In this document: positions 20,292 through 29,702 of the stretch, in pieces
Position numbering within the stretch: position 1 is the first letter of the stretch
Layout of the letters: each line of letters starts with the position of its first letter
DNA from: an uncultured Solirubrobacterales bacterium
GTDB lineage: Bacteria > Actinomycetota > Thermoleophilia > Solirubrobacterales > JACPNS01
Assembly (NCBI GenBank): GCA_937128795.1
Contig: CAKZMQ010000021.1
Coordinates: 30,577 to 94,576, forward strand
Reading direction: 5' to 3'
DNA: 64,000 nucleotides
Notes under the pieces: generated by a model
Told to the model about the DNA's origin: nothing
Databases searched by the model: none
The model's input: the letters and a program-made list of their open reading frames with translations, nothing else
Position numbers and translations under genes: made by a program

Positions 20292-21290
20292 CTAGTTCTT
20301 ACGCTTGATGAGGACTTTGTTCGACTCGCTGTAGCGGATCGTGTAAGTCACGTCGTCGCCCTGAATGTTGCGGTAGTCCGCGAATCGGACGATTCCACCC
20401 TTTCCGACCTTGACCTGACGGATCGGGTTGTCGTACTCAATCTTGCGACTCTTGTCTTCGATCACCTCGACGTCGGTGACGACGAACAGTTCGATCACGT
20501 CCTTCTTTACTGCGATCACCTTGACCGTCGGCTCACCGCCGAAATCAATCCAGCCTCCAGCGCGTTTGCGACTCTTGGTCCAGGGCGTAAACGAGGAGTA
20601 CGTGATCAGCGACGCGCTGTAGAGAGACGCTGTCGAAGCCGCCGGTGCGGTCGCGCGAGTCTTGGCGTTCGCAGTTGCCTTGCGCTTGGCGTCGGCAGGC
20701 GAGTTCGGTGCAGTGCCGTCGGATTTACCGGTCTTGGCAGTTGGTTGCGGCGCTTCGTAGCCATCTGCGGCAAACGGATCGCGGCTCTTCCCCTTTGCCT
20801 TGTCGTCGGCCGTCGACTGATCTGTATCCAAGGTCACCCCGGCTGATTCAAGACCCGGGTCGTCGATGAAGGCTGCGGTCGAGCGCTGCGCCGTGGCGTT
20901 GTCGCCGGACGGAGATATCAACGCGATACCGACCAATGCGATCAATAGCGCAGATGCTCCGGCAATCACCGGCGACGGATTCGGCGCCATTCGCGCGACT
21001 CGCGTCAGCACGGTCGGCCCGCGACCGATGATGATTGCTTTCGGCTTCGCCTCCGCTGAAGTTTGCTGGTTCTTTTTGGCCGCAGTCTTCGCGGGAGCCG
21101 CGTCCGTCTCGGCAGAATCGCGTTCGACGAAGATTCGCTTCTCGACGACTAGCGGCTCCACGTCGGCCAGCGGTTCGACCCACGCAAACGTCGAAGGCTC
21201 GGCACCTGGCCGAGCCGAGTTTCCTCGCTGATTCTTCGCAGTTCGCCGTTGCGGCCTGCGGGCGCGTGGATTGCCGTGGGACAACCTCAT
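20292..21290 (-). CDS. Hypothetical membrane-anchored protein, last gene of the pilus cluster (possibly PilP-like)
   Basis: 332 aa. Basic N-terminus, one TM (VIAGASALLIALVGIALI) and an Ala/Lys/Thr-rich linker containing SRDPFA. The C-terminal beta-rich domain reads TVKVIAVKKDVIELFVVTDVEVIEDKSRKIEYDNPIRQVKVGKGGIVRFADY. Its start overlaps the upstream gene by 4 nt. Confidence 0.6.
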   Translation of the reverse strand: MRLSHGNPRARRPQRRTAKNQRGNSARPGAEPSTFAWVEPLADVEPLVVEKRIFVERDSAETDAAPAKTAAKKNQQTSAEAKPKAIIIGRGPTVLTRVARMAPNPSPVIAGASALLIALVGIALISPSGDNATAQRSTAAFIDDPGLESAGVTLDTDQSTADDKAKGKSRDPFAADGYEAPQPTAKTGKSDGTAPNSPADAKRKATANAKTRATAPAASTASLYSASLITYSSFTPWTKSRKRAGGWIDFGGEPTVKVIAVKKDVIELFVVTDVEVIEDKSRKIEYDNPIRQVKVGKGGIVRFADYRNIQGDDVTYTIRYSESNKVLIKRKN

Positions 21291-22150
21291 TTGGTCACCT
21301 TGAAAATCTTGTCGAGCTTCAGCGAGTGCGTGACTCCAGACGGATCGGTCAGGGTCGCGGACTTACCCTTCTCGAGCTCAAAGGTCCCGAGCGATTCGTC
21401 GACCGGTACACCGGCCACGGACACTCCGTCTCCAGCGATGAAGATCGCTTTTGTGTTCTTGCTGTTGGTCCCCGCATACGTCACGAGAATCGTCTTCGTG
21501 TCGGGAAGCGGTGCGCCAGCCTCCACGTTGCTGAAAGTCGTGTCGTCGATCGTGGCCTGAATGACATAGAACGACTCGGTCTCGGTGGGATTCTGTTGTG
21601 GTTCGCTCTGGCCGCCGCCGTTGCCACCACCCGTGTCACCGCCCGAACTCGGCGTTTCGGTACCCATCGGGGCACCGGTTTCAGCCGAAGCGCCGGTCGA
21701 ACCAGACGCGCCCGACGATTTCGTCGCGCAGATTCCCGCGGCCTCGACCTCCGGTCCGGCCGGCGGACACGTGACTCGAACCAAGAGATCGCCGATCATG
21801 CAGTTGAACTTTTTCGGTTCACCACTATTGATCTGCGAGCACTTTGCAGCGTCAGTTCCGTAAAACGGATTGCTTGAATCGGTCAGCGCGACATCGTCTT
21901 CGAGCGAACTGACACCGACCAGTTTCAAACTCACCTGCGCGGGACGCTCGATCGCTTCACCGTCGGCGACCGGCGTCGTGACTGGCTGTGGGGGCGGCGG
22001 GCTCGAAGATTTCGGAAGCACGAACACCGCGGCAATGATCGCCACGAGCATGACGCCCGCCGGTATCGCCAAACGCCGTGCGTGCAGATCGGCAACCACG
22101 TCACTGACTGCGCGTCGGATCTGATCCATGTTCAAACCGTTGTTTCCCAT
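21287..22150 (-). CDS. Hypothetical membrane-anchored protein downstream of pilO (possibly PilP-like)
   Basis: 287 aa. One TM (AIPAGVMLVAIIAAVFVL), a Pro-rich segment, an SSNPFYG motif, a Gly/Ser/Thr linker and a C-terminal beta-rich domain (FYVIQATIDDTTFSNVEAGAPLP...THSLKLDKIFKV). Confidence 0.6.
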   Translation of the reverse strand: MGNNGLNMDQIRRAVSDVVADLHARRLAIPAGVMLVAIIAAVFVLPKSSSPPPPQPVTTPVADGEAIERPAQVSLKLVGVSSLEDDVALTDSSNPFYGTDAAKCSQINSGEPKKFNCMIGDLLVRVTCPPAGPEVEAAGICATKSSGASGSTGASAETGAPMGTETPSSGGDTGGGNGGGQSEPQQNPTETESFYVIQATIDDTTFSNVEAGAPLPDTKTILVTYAGTNSKNTKAIFIAGDGVSVAGVPVDESLGTFELEKGKSATLTDPSGVTHSLKLDKIFKVTK

Positions 22151-22151
22151 T

Positions 22152-23153
22152 TCACTTCACCCCCACGAACGCTGCGGGCGGTGCACCGCCACCTGCTGCA
22201 GGTGCGGGCTGCGCCGGTGCCGGTGCCGATGCGCTCACACTTTCCGTGCCCGCAGGGCCGGTGGCCGTTGCACCGGCGGTGATCGTGGCTCCGGTTGGAA
22301 GTGCGTAGCCGGTCATAGACACGGTCGCCGTAAGTTGCGGGAATGACTTGACTGCAGTGGTGATCGAGTTGATCTGGAGCAACCGACCGGTCACGTTGAT
22401 CCGCCCGTTCTTGACACGAACCATGTCGAGCAGCCCGTTGTAGACCTTGTAGAGGTCAAAGAAGCTGCCCTCGAACGTGAACGTGTACGCGTACACACGA
22501 AGTCCGGAAGCCTGCGCCGCAACGTCGGTAAGAGTCGGAGAGCTCGCGCACTTGACGGCGAAGTCTGCTGACTCGCTCGCCGCGCGTTCCCCATCTGCAT
22601 TGGAAGATTGCTGGGCGTCGGTCGCGTTGTCGCGAGCCTTTCCTACGCCACTTTGAGCCGTCGAGCCGGTAGCGCCGGTCGATGTCGCGCCCGAACTGCC
22701 GGTCGATCCCGCGCTGCCGGTTGACCCAGTACTGCCGCTGGTCTCCGTGACCGTGCCGTCGGCTTCGCAGGTCGTGGTGCCACCGGTTGCCCCGACTTCC
22801 GCGCCACTCTCGGTCGACCCTTCGGACGAGGTGAGACTGAGAAAATTGACGTTCGCATCTTCTGAGACGTCATTCACCTGCACCAGCAATGACGGAAAAT
22901 CACTGTCGGTCGGGATCGCTTTGCCCATTCGCAGCACACGTGCGTAGCTGACTGGGTAACGCTTTTTCTCGATCTTGCCCTGCTGAGCAGAAGACTTTGC
23001 TGTGTCGAGTGCCGTCTGAGCCTCCTGTACGGCCTGTTCCGCATCGGCGACGGCCTGTCGTTTGCCACCGAGAATCAGGAACCAGTATCCGCCGAGCAAT
23101 ACGACGGCGGCAAAGATTGCGAGGAGCTTCTTGTCACGTTCTGTCATTCCCAT
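22152..23153 (-). CDS. pilO: Type IV pilus assembly protein PilO (with a Ser/Thr/Gly-rich insertion)
   Basis: ORF 22152..23285. The start is set at the Met at 23153, 4 nt after the pilN stop and preceded by CAGGAGG. N-terminal TM plus coiled coil (KKLLAIFAAVVLLGGYWFLILGGKRQAVADAEQAVQEAQTALDTAK), then PSLLVQVNDVSEDANVNFLSL. Confidence 0.75.
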   Translation of the reverse strand: MGMTERDKKLLAIFAAVVLLGGYWFLILGGKRQAVADAEQAVQEAQTALDTAKSSAQQGKIEKKRYPVSYARVLRMGKAIPTDSDFPSLLVQVNDVSEDANVNFLSLTSSEGSTESGAEVGATGGTTTCEADGTVTETSGSTGSTGSAGSTGSSGATSTGATGSTAQSGVGKARDNATDAQQSSNADGERAASESADFAVKCASSPTLTDVAAQASGLRVYAYTFTFEGSFFDLYKVYNGLLDMVRVKNGRINVTGRLLQINSITTAVKSFPQLTATVSMTGYALPTGATITAGATATGPAGTESVSASAPAPAQPAPAAGGGAPPAAFVGVK

Positions 23154-23157
23154 GAGG

Positions 23158-23943
23158 TCAGCCTCCTGCCGGCGGGGTCGATTGGGCGGCCGGTGCCGGA
23201 GTCGTGGCGGTGCCGGACGCGCCGGTTGAGCCGGTCGCACCCGCGGCCTGCGGCGCGTCGATCTTCGGAAGCCCGATGAGGTCAACCTTGCGGGCGTCGT
23301 AGATGACCGTCAGGGCAAATTGGAGTGGCGCGGGGCCACAGTTCTGTGTGCGTTTGCTGTTCTCGTCCTCACCCTCGCCGACCACGCCGTTGCTCGTACT
23401 CTGCGTCGAGCGGACGTTGTTCACACCTGGCATCTCCTTCAGCCAGACCATCAGACGCGAGTAGCCGATCCAACCTGAAGTGCAGCCTGTGAGAGCAAGC
23501 GACGGCAGCGCGGTCGATTCGACAGCAGCTGCTCCCGATGCCTGGTCGGCTGCCACCACCGACTTGTCGGCAGTCACAGCGTTGATGTCATTCAGCGTCA
23601 CGTCTTCTGGCAGGGAGCGCGAAAGGTTGTAGAGCGCATTGCCCCAGGGAAAACGGCTGGCTGCCAAGCCACCTACGAGCAGGGTCCGGCTCTGTGCGAC
23701 GCCGGCGAAATCGTTGAAGGCCTCGACCGGTCGCACGGTGCTCGATTGAGCGCGAGTGGCCTCGGCTTGGAGTGCCGTCGCCTGGTCGTTCAACGTCGTC
23801 GCCTTGTTCGAGTAGGAGATCGCAACGATGACCATCAAGAGAAGAACGGCGAGTCCGCCGATGACCCCATATGCAACGCGTGGATCGCCGTCACCAGCGA
23901 CGCGCGATCGGAGCTCCGGTGGCAGAAGGTTTACGGCCCTCAC
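23158..23943 (-). CDS. pilN: Type IV pilus assembly protein PilN
   Basis: The N-terminus MRAVNLLPPELRSR followed by a TM helix (VIGGLAVLLLMVIVAISY) is the PilN signature. It overlaps the pilM stop by 4 nt. Confidence 0.8.
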   Translation of the reverse strand: MRAVNLLPPELRSRVAGDGDPRVAYGVIGGLAVLLLMVIVAISYSNKATTLNDQATALQAEATRAQSSTVRPVEAFNDFAGVAQSRTLLVGGLAASRFPWGNALYNLSRSLPEDVTLNDINAVTADKSVVAADQASGAAAVESTALPSLALTGCTSGWIGYSRLMVWLKEMPGVNNVRSTQSTSNGVVGEGEDENSKRTQNCGPAPLQFALTVIYDARKVDLIGLPKIDAPQAAGATGSTGASGTATTPAPAAQSTPPAGG

Positions 23944-25088
23944 AGCGCCGCCACCTCCTCCATCGCCAGACCAGCTGCGAGCGTCAGCCGACGCTCATCG
24001 ATACCCGAGCCAGCAATGCTTTCGGCGTCGAGCGCGCCCAGCGGTGCAGGGGTTTCGACCGCCAGTCCCGTGCGCTGGGCGATCATCTCGCCGAGCCCGG
24101 GGATGCTCGATCCCGGCCCCGACACGAGGATTCGGTTGACGCGTGCCATCGAATCCTGGACGGAATGAAAGTCGATCGCGGCCGTGATGTCCGAACTCAG
24201 TTGATCGACCGCTGCCGCCAACCCTTCGCGCGTTGCCTGGATGATGTCCGACTCGCCCTGAAGCGTCTCGACCGGTGCCAACAAGCCGACGTAATCGGCC
24301 CACATCTGAGCATGCTCGTGGGTCAGATTCACGCGTTTTGAAAGCTGGTCGAGCAGCGACTCGTAGCCGTTTGCGGTTGCACGCGTGAACTTGCAAACTT
24401 TGCCCTGGGCGAGCGTGACGTTGACCATGTCGCCGTAGTGCAGGTACGCGATCGTCTCGCTGTCCGCGACTGCGCCCGGGTACATGACCCGGATCAATCC
24501 AAATGCCGAGAGGTCGACGCCCTGAAGCTTGATACCGGCGTGTCGAGCGGTCTCGACGATCGTGTCGATCAGTCCTCGACTTGCTGCCACCAACAACACT
24601 TGGAAGCGAGGCGGGTCCCCGACCTCAAGTCCCGGCAGGGTGCGCAGGATCTGGTGGTCGATCACTGCCTCGTCGACCGACATCGGAAGGTGGTCAGCGG
24701 CTTGGAATCGAATCGCCGCTTCGAGCTGCTTGCGATCGGATATCACCGGCACTTCCATCGTGCGAATCACGACGCGCGGACTGGCAACGCCCATCCGCAC
24801 CTTGTTGGGCAGGCCGTTGGCGTGGAAGAATTCGCCGATTGCAGCTCCCAGTGCAGGAGCATCGGCGATCTCGCCGTCAACGATCAGACCGGAATCAAGC
24901 GTCGTTATCGAAGCTGCACGTACGCGACCATCAGAGACCTTGGCCGCCGCAATACCGCTGCCAGAAATGTCTAGGCCGGTCAGCCCCTCGGACTTGACCT
25001 TGCCGTTCATCTGTTCGGCGGTGACGTTGGCGTCGCCGACGTCGGGCGTGTCTTCGCCAGTTGGCTTACGTGAGAGTTTGAGCTGCAT
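23940..25088 (-). CDS. pilM: Type IV pilus assembly protein PilM (actin-like ATPase fold)
   Basis: 382 aa with GLDISGSGIAAAKV...VASPRVVIRTMEVP...LVAASRGLIDTIVETARHAGIKLQGVDLSAFGLIR...ILVSGPGSSIPGLGEMI. The gene is followed by pilN and pilO. Confidence 0.85.
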   Translation of the reverse strand: MQLKLSRKPTGEDTPDVGDANVTAEQMNGKVKSEGLTGLDISGSGIAAAKVSDGRVRAASITTLDSGLIVDGEIADAPALGAAIGEFFHANGLPNKVRMGVASPRVVIRTMEVPVISDRKQLEAAIRFQAADHLPMSVDEAVIDHQILRTLPGLEVGDPPRFQVLLVAASRGLIDTIVETARHAGIKLQGVDLSAFGLIRVMYPGAVADSETIAYLHYGDMVNVTLAQGKVCKFTRATANGYESLLDQLSKRVNLTHEHAQMWADYVGLLAPVETLQGESDIIQATREGLAAAVDQLSSDITAAIDFHSVQDSMARVNRILVSGPGSSIPGLGEMIAQRTGLAVETPAPLGALDAESIAGSGIDERRLTLAAGLAMEEVAAL

Positions 25089-25235
25089 TGAGAATCGGTC
25101 CTACTGTTAATGCGGGTCTTGCGCGGGAGGCGGTCCAGTCCATGGACCTTTTGTCTAGTCCCCTATCGGCCTGTTGGCACGAAGGCTTTACAGGGAATAT
25201 CTGCTTGCACTTGCATCTTCGTTCGGCACGGCTCA

Positions 25236-27077
25236 TCAGCCCGTGCACGCACACGCTGGCGTCTGCTCGCGTGATCGCGAGGTCTTCCAGGTGGAAAGCG
25301 TCGGAACGAGGAAATGCGGAGGAGTCAAGTAGCGGTAGCGGTAGTCGTAGGAATAGTTCTTTATGTAGCCCGAACCGCCGCTTCCTCCACCTCCGGTACC
25401 GACCGGACCACGGTATTTCTGCGCAATCACACCGTTGACGGTCAGGTAGTAATTCGGTGACGCGCCGAGCTTGTCGCCGCAATCGTGACGATCAACCATG
25501 AACGAGTGTGTCAGCGCGAGGATCGCCGCGTCGATCTGAGTCACGTCGCTGCCGGTCTGACTCGACGAGTTTCCGCATGAATTGAATGACTTGTAGTAGT
25601 GGCGGACGCGTACGAAGTGCGTTCCAATCAGACCGAGCACCGCAGTCGGCGACCCCGCATCCTTGACGATATTTCCGGTGACAACCACGTCCGCGTCAGA
25701 CGTGATCGTCAGCGGGAGGTTGTACGTACCGCGAACTTCCGCGAGCCCACAACCGCTGTTGATGAACGGGTAGCTCGCGCCACTTGAAATGTTCAGATCG
25801 CAATCACTCCGCGTACTTGCCACACGAATGACGCCGGACGTCGGCACTGGATACGTGGTCGTCGCGTTGCTGTTGACGTTGGCGTTGTTGATGTCGATCG
25901 TTCCGTCGTTCTTCAGAAGAATCTTCGTCGTGCCGTAGAACGTCAATCCGCGTTGTGTCGGGTCACCGTTGTTTGGATCCGCATACGTGGCGAGATCTTC
26001 GTTGCTCTCGGGCAGATCCAGATATCCGGCGTTCTCGCCGGTCAGCAGCTGCGTTCCGATGCCGCTGCGCGCTGGAGTGGTGTAGTAGGTCGACGAGCCT
26101 GTTCGATAGGCCTGACTTCCCTGTCCGTAGTCGTAGACCTCAATGCGATCGCCCTTGTTGTCGTTGCCGAACTTGGCGCCGTTCGTGGTGCTGTAGCTAC
26201 CCAGCAAAACGCTGTCGTTGGTGTGGAACGGCCCCTTGATTTGGTCGCCGTCGGCAAATTGGATTTCTGAGCAGCTGTAGTTGTGGCGACCCGGAGTCGA
26301 GCCCCAGGTGCGCCAGTAGGTGGCACACTGGGTCCGCAGCGTTGAGTTCGTGTAGAGCGTCGGTTCCAATCCTTCACGGTCGGTGAAGTAGGCGTAGTCG
26401 AGGAAGCCTCTGCGGCGAAACTCGACGACTATCGAGCGGTGGCGCCAGCGCTTCTGACGCCACTCGTTGATCGAGGCCGCAGTACGGGCGACGAACGTGT
26501 TCGGGTTCGCTGGATCGGGGTTGATCGTCGGCGTGTTCGGGACTGCCGGCCCGGCTCGCCCTGTTACGCGTACGCGAATCGCACCGGTTTGCTCATCGAC
26601 CATGGTGATCGCACGGTTTCCGTTCGCCTTGCAACTCGTGTTGCCGTTGGCGGGAATCAGGTCAATCGTGTATTGGCCAGTTTGGGCGGTGTTTTCTGCG
26701 AGGTTCGTCGGCGTTGGCCACCAGCGACGATTGAGGTGGCCCGCGCTGCCGATGTCAGTGTCGTTGATCGCGTGATCGATGCCGTCGCTGTCGTCCGTAC
26801 CGCTCGGCTGATCGCAGTTCTGCCAATAACTCGAGTCCTCGGCCATTCGCTGCACATAGTCAGTGACGCCGCTCTGCGCCTTGGTGTAGGCGACCTTCGA
26901 CCAGCGATCGCGGTCCTGCAGATTGACATCGCCGTTGGCCGCGGCCCATGCACCCAGCGAAAGCAGGCTGCCGGTGGCGACCGCGGTGATCGCCGGGATC
27001 ATCGTGAAACCACCGTCGCTGTGCAAGCGACGAACGGTCGACTTGATCGAAGTCCAAGTTTTTGAAATTCGCATCAT
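25236..27077 (-). CDS. Large pilus-associated protein with a PilX-like N-terminal hydrophobic segment (613 aa)
   Basis: ORF 25236..27173. The start is set at MMRISK (27077), after the upstream stop. The N-terminus LHSDGG|FTMIPAITAVATGSLLSLGAW resembles a prepilin-type leader but lacks Glu at +5. The long Thr/Asn/Gly-rich beta-type body contains TITSDADVVVTGNIVKD. Confidence 0.65.
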   Translation of the reverse strand: MMRISKTWTSIKSTVRRLHSDGGFTMIPAITAVATGSLLSLGAWAAANGDVNLQDRDRWSKVAYTKAQSGVTDYVQRMAEDSSYWQNCDQPSGTDDSDGIDHAINDTDIGSAGHLNRRWWPTPTNLAENTAQTGQYTIDLIPANGNTSCKANGNRAITMVDEQTGAIRVRVTGRAGPAVPNTPTINPDPANPNTFVARTAASINEWRQKRWRHRSIVVEFRRRGFLDYAYFTDREGLEPTLYTNSTLRTQCATYWRTWGSTPGRHNYSCSEIQFADGDQIKGPFHTNDSVLLGSYSTTNGAKFGNDNKGDRIEVYDYGQGSQAYRTGSSTYYTTPARSGIGTQLLTGENAGYLDLPESNEDLATYADPNNGDPTQRGLTFYGTTKILLKNDGTIDINNANVNSNATTTYPVPTSGVIRVASTRSDCDLNISSGASYPFINSGCGLAEVRGTYNLPLTITSDADVVVTGNIVKDAGSPTAVLGLIGTHFVRVRHYYKSFNSCGNSSSQTGSDVTQIDAAILALTHSFMVDRHDCGDKLGASPNYYLTVNGVIAQKYRGPVGTGGGGSGGSGYIKNYSYDYRYRYLTPPHFLVPTLSTWKTSRSREQTPACACTG

Positions 27078-27093
27078 CCGTGACGCTCCATGG

Positions 27094-27972
27094 TTAGTTG
27101 CACCCATCCACGCCGACGCGGACATACACGTCGGTCGAATACGAAGCTGTTCGTGTGTCTTGCTGCACGCCACCGTTCTGAATCGAGTCCTTACCGCTCG
27201 CCGCGAGGATTCTGAATGTGACGTTCACGCGGTTGACGTTGCTCAAAGCTGCGCTTGTGACGGCGCCGCTTGACTGCGGCAGTTCAGCGCCGGCTGCGTC
27301 GTAGTAGCGGAAAAATGGAATCGGCACGTTGCCCGGGCCGACTTCGTTGGTCACGCCCTCGGCCATCGGCGTGGACTCCGAGGGATTGACCTGGTTGACG
27401 TTCCCCACCGTCGCCATCTGGTCGAGCGCAGTGACGCCCGTCAATGGAGACAGGCTGAAATTGAACGGAATCGATGAGTTGGAGGTGCTGCGAGAACCCT
27501 CCATCAGCTTTCCACGACGACCGGCAAATTTACCTGTAGTGACGCCCGGGTCGTACCAGATGTATCTGAGTTGCGGGCGGTAGCCGACCGAACCGGCGAC
27601 GTTCGTCGCCCCGTTGGCATTGGAGATGTCGCCGATGAAGGCCATTTTGGTCGGATTCGCGTGGATGAAGCTTCGTTGCCCGCCGCTGTCGGGGAGCACT
27701 CCGTTAATCGAATATTCCTGAGGAAACAGGCAGGTCTGCGATCGCAGGCGCTGCTGCATCAGCTCGATCGCACCGCGGCCCTGCGAGGCCGAATTGACTT
27801 TGTCGTTGACACGATTCGAAGAGTTGAATGAGATCAACATCACTGCTGCGGCGGCAGTGAGAACTACGCCGCCGATCAGCTCTGCGACCAAGACCTCGAT
27901 GATCGAGATTCCCGATTCATCGCCGAGGCCGACGCGCGGTCGTAAATGAAATGGGCCTTGCATCACGACCAC
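27094..27972 (-). CDS. Prepilin-type N-terminal cleavage/methylation domain protein (PilW-like minor pilin, 292 aa)
   Basis: The leader ends in G, followed by ISIIEVLVAELIGGVVLTAAAAVMLI. Glu is at +5, giving a class III signal peptide. Confidence 0.75.
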   Translation of the reverse strand: MVVMQGPFHLRPRVGLGDESGISIIEVLVAELIGGVVLTAAAAVMLISFNSSNRVNDKVNSASQGRGAIELMQQRLRSQTCLFPQEYSINGVLPDSGGQRSFIHANPTKMAFIGDISNANGATNVAGSVGYRPQLRYIWYDPGVTTGKFAGRRGKLMEGSRSTSNSSIPFNFSLSPLTGVTALDQMATVGNVNQVNPSESTPMAEGVTNEVGPGNVPIPFFRYYDAAGAELPQSSGAVTSAALSNVNRVNVTFRILAASGKDSIQNGGVQQDTRTASYSTDVYVRVGVDGCN

Positions 27973-29570
27973 GACACCTGTCCGCTCGAGCAGTCACCTG
28001 TGCTGGATGAACCGAAGCTTGAGAAGTTGAAGGTCGGCGAAATTGCAGATCGATAGAACAGGTCCTGGTTGCTGATCGACATGTAGCGAGTTTCCGACGT
28101 TGAATTCCACCAAAATAGGACGCGGTATTCCCACTCCAGCCGCACTCGAACGCAGATGTCGTATCGACCGGCCGGTAGCGACTCCGCGTCGTCGGACAGG
28201 TAACCGTTTTGGCTCGTGACACCGGGAAGGCGAACGTAACGGTCGTAGTGGGAAGAGAGTCGCGAACCACATTTCGCTCCGACCTTCTCGGCACCGGGGT
28301 CGGCGACGAGTTTCACTGCCACCTGCACGGAGTTGTTGACAATATTTTCGTTTCTGTAGCTAAATCCGTTTGCGCCGGAGTTCGCATACGCGCGAGACCG
28401 AATCTGCGAGAGCCATAGCGGAGAGCCGGCGGTATAGGTGCCGCCCGGCACCCAGGTGCCCTCGGTACCCGGAACCGGCAAGGTGGCGCGCTCACTGCCA
28501 TTGCCGACGTTTCCATCATCGGGGTCGTTGATGTCACATGCCCCGGCGTACGCGCCGTAGCCGCTCGGGTCGGGGTAGATCTGATTCGCTGGCAGAGGTG
28601 CGGCGTGCGGCATGTGCACTGAGCCCGGCAAGGTGGTGAAGTCAGTACCCGACTCGCGCGTGATCTTCTCCGAGGTGGCAACCCACGGGCCAACATGGCT
28701 ACTTGAGTTTGCGGGATTCACCGTGAGATCGGCGCTTCCATTGTTGACTCGAAATGTCGGGGCCACCGTCACCGGCGTCTCTATTCGGACGTCCTTCGAA
28801 AGTGCAGCACGCTGCGGGACGTTGATCGGCACGTTCACGATCGCCGCGTTCGTCGGTTTGCGTTCCATATGGATCTCGTACTTGGTGTTCGGGATCCGCA
28901 CTTCGTAGGCACCACGCTCGAGACCGATGAACAGCACACAGCCGTTCTCGTTGGCGATCTGCTGGTCCTGGTAGACGCCGTCCAAGTAGAGCTGCACCTG
29001 CTGTGTACCGGGATTGACCTCGATGCCGTTGCGGTCGAGCACATAAATTCGAAGAGTCGCCGTGCCGGTTTGAGTGCTGCCGCCTTCCGGCGCGTAGTAC
29101 GCGTCGAGCGTTGCACCCGGATCACTTTCGGCATTTGAGGTCGAGCCGTTGTGCGCAACGGAGACCTTCAGGTAGATGAATTTCGCTGTGCCGCCCGCCG
29201 TGCCGTCGAACTTCTTGCCGCAGGCGGTCGTTTGGTCGCCTCCAAGGCCGGTCACGTAGTAGGCGCGCCGCGTCACGGCATAGTTCGTTCCCTGATACGT
29301 GACGTTCGAGGATGAGTTCTCCAGGTCATCCAACACCCTGATGTCTTGCGTCAAATCGTTGCGCATCTTGTCGAGTTCGTTCTGCGCCACGACAAGCGCC
29401 GTTGTCCTTTTGATGTCGCGTGAAGCTGTTTTCGAGCTCGCGTCGAGTGCGTAGAAGGTCGCCGTGAAGGCAAGCACGACGACGACCGACGACATGACTG
29501 CGTCCATCAGAACCCAGCCGTTGTCCCGGCGCAAGCTGAGCATGCGGTATCTACGTCGAAGCGTCTGCAT
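27963..29570 (-). CDS. Large prepilin-like protein (PilV-like N-terminus; ~535 aa)
   Basis: ORF 27963..29615. The likely start is MQTLRRRYRMLSLRRDNG|WVLMDAVMSSVVVVLAFTATFYAL, with Asp at +5. An internal segment, TLRIYVLDRNGIEVNPGTQQVQLYLDGVYQDQQIANENGCVLFIGLERGAYEVRI, resembles a carboxypeptidase-regulatory-like beta-sandwich. Confidence 0.65.
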   Translation of the reverse strand: MQTLRRRYRMLSLRRDNGWVLMDAVMSSVVVVLAFTATFYALDASSKTASRDIKRTTALVVAQNELDKMRNDLTQDIRVLDDLENSSSNVTYQGTNYAVTRRAYYVTGLGGDQTTACGKKFDGTAGGTAKFIYLKVSVAHNGSTSNAESDPGATLDAYYAPEGGSTQTGTATLRIYVLDRNGIEVNPGTQQVQLYLDGVYQDQQIANENGCVLFIGLERGAYEVRIPNTKYEIHMERKPTNAAIVNVPINVPQRAALSKDVRIETPVTVAPTFRVNNGSADLTVNPANSSSHVGPWVATSEKITRESGTDFTTLPGSVHMPHAAPLPANQIYPDPSGYGAYAGACDINDPDDGNVGNGSERATLPVPGTEGTWVPGGTYTAGSPLWLSQIRSRAYANSGANGFSYRNENIVNNSVQVAVKLVADPGAEKVGAKCGSRLSSHYDRYVRLPGVTSQNGYLSDDAESLPAGRYDICVRVRLEWEYRVLFWWNSTSETRYMSISNQDLFYRSAISPTFNFSSFGSSSTGDCSSGQVSWS

Positions 29571-29702
29571 CCCCGTCTGTATCGGTGATACGCAGGTGCG
29601 GCTTGATACCGGCAACTGGGCCAGTCAATCGTTTGTCCGTCTTTTGGCGAGAGGCTAAAGCCACGCCCGTAGGGTCGTCACCCCATGCGAATCCGGCGAA
29701 GT

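Noticed and set aside
25131-25152. Hairpin ggtcca-gtcca-tggacc followed by tttt, between the largest prepilin-like gene and pilM, considered as a terminator
   Set aside because: The T-run follows the stem only on the plus strand, where no gene ends. On the transcribed minus strand the run precedes the stem, so it is not a convincing intrinsic terminator.
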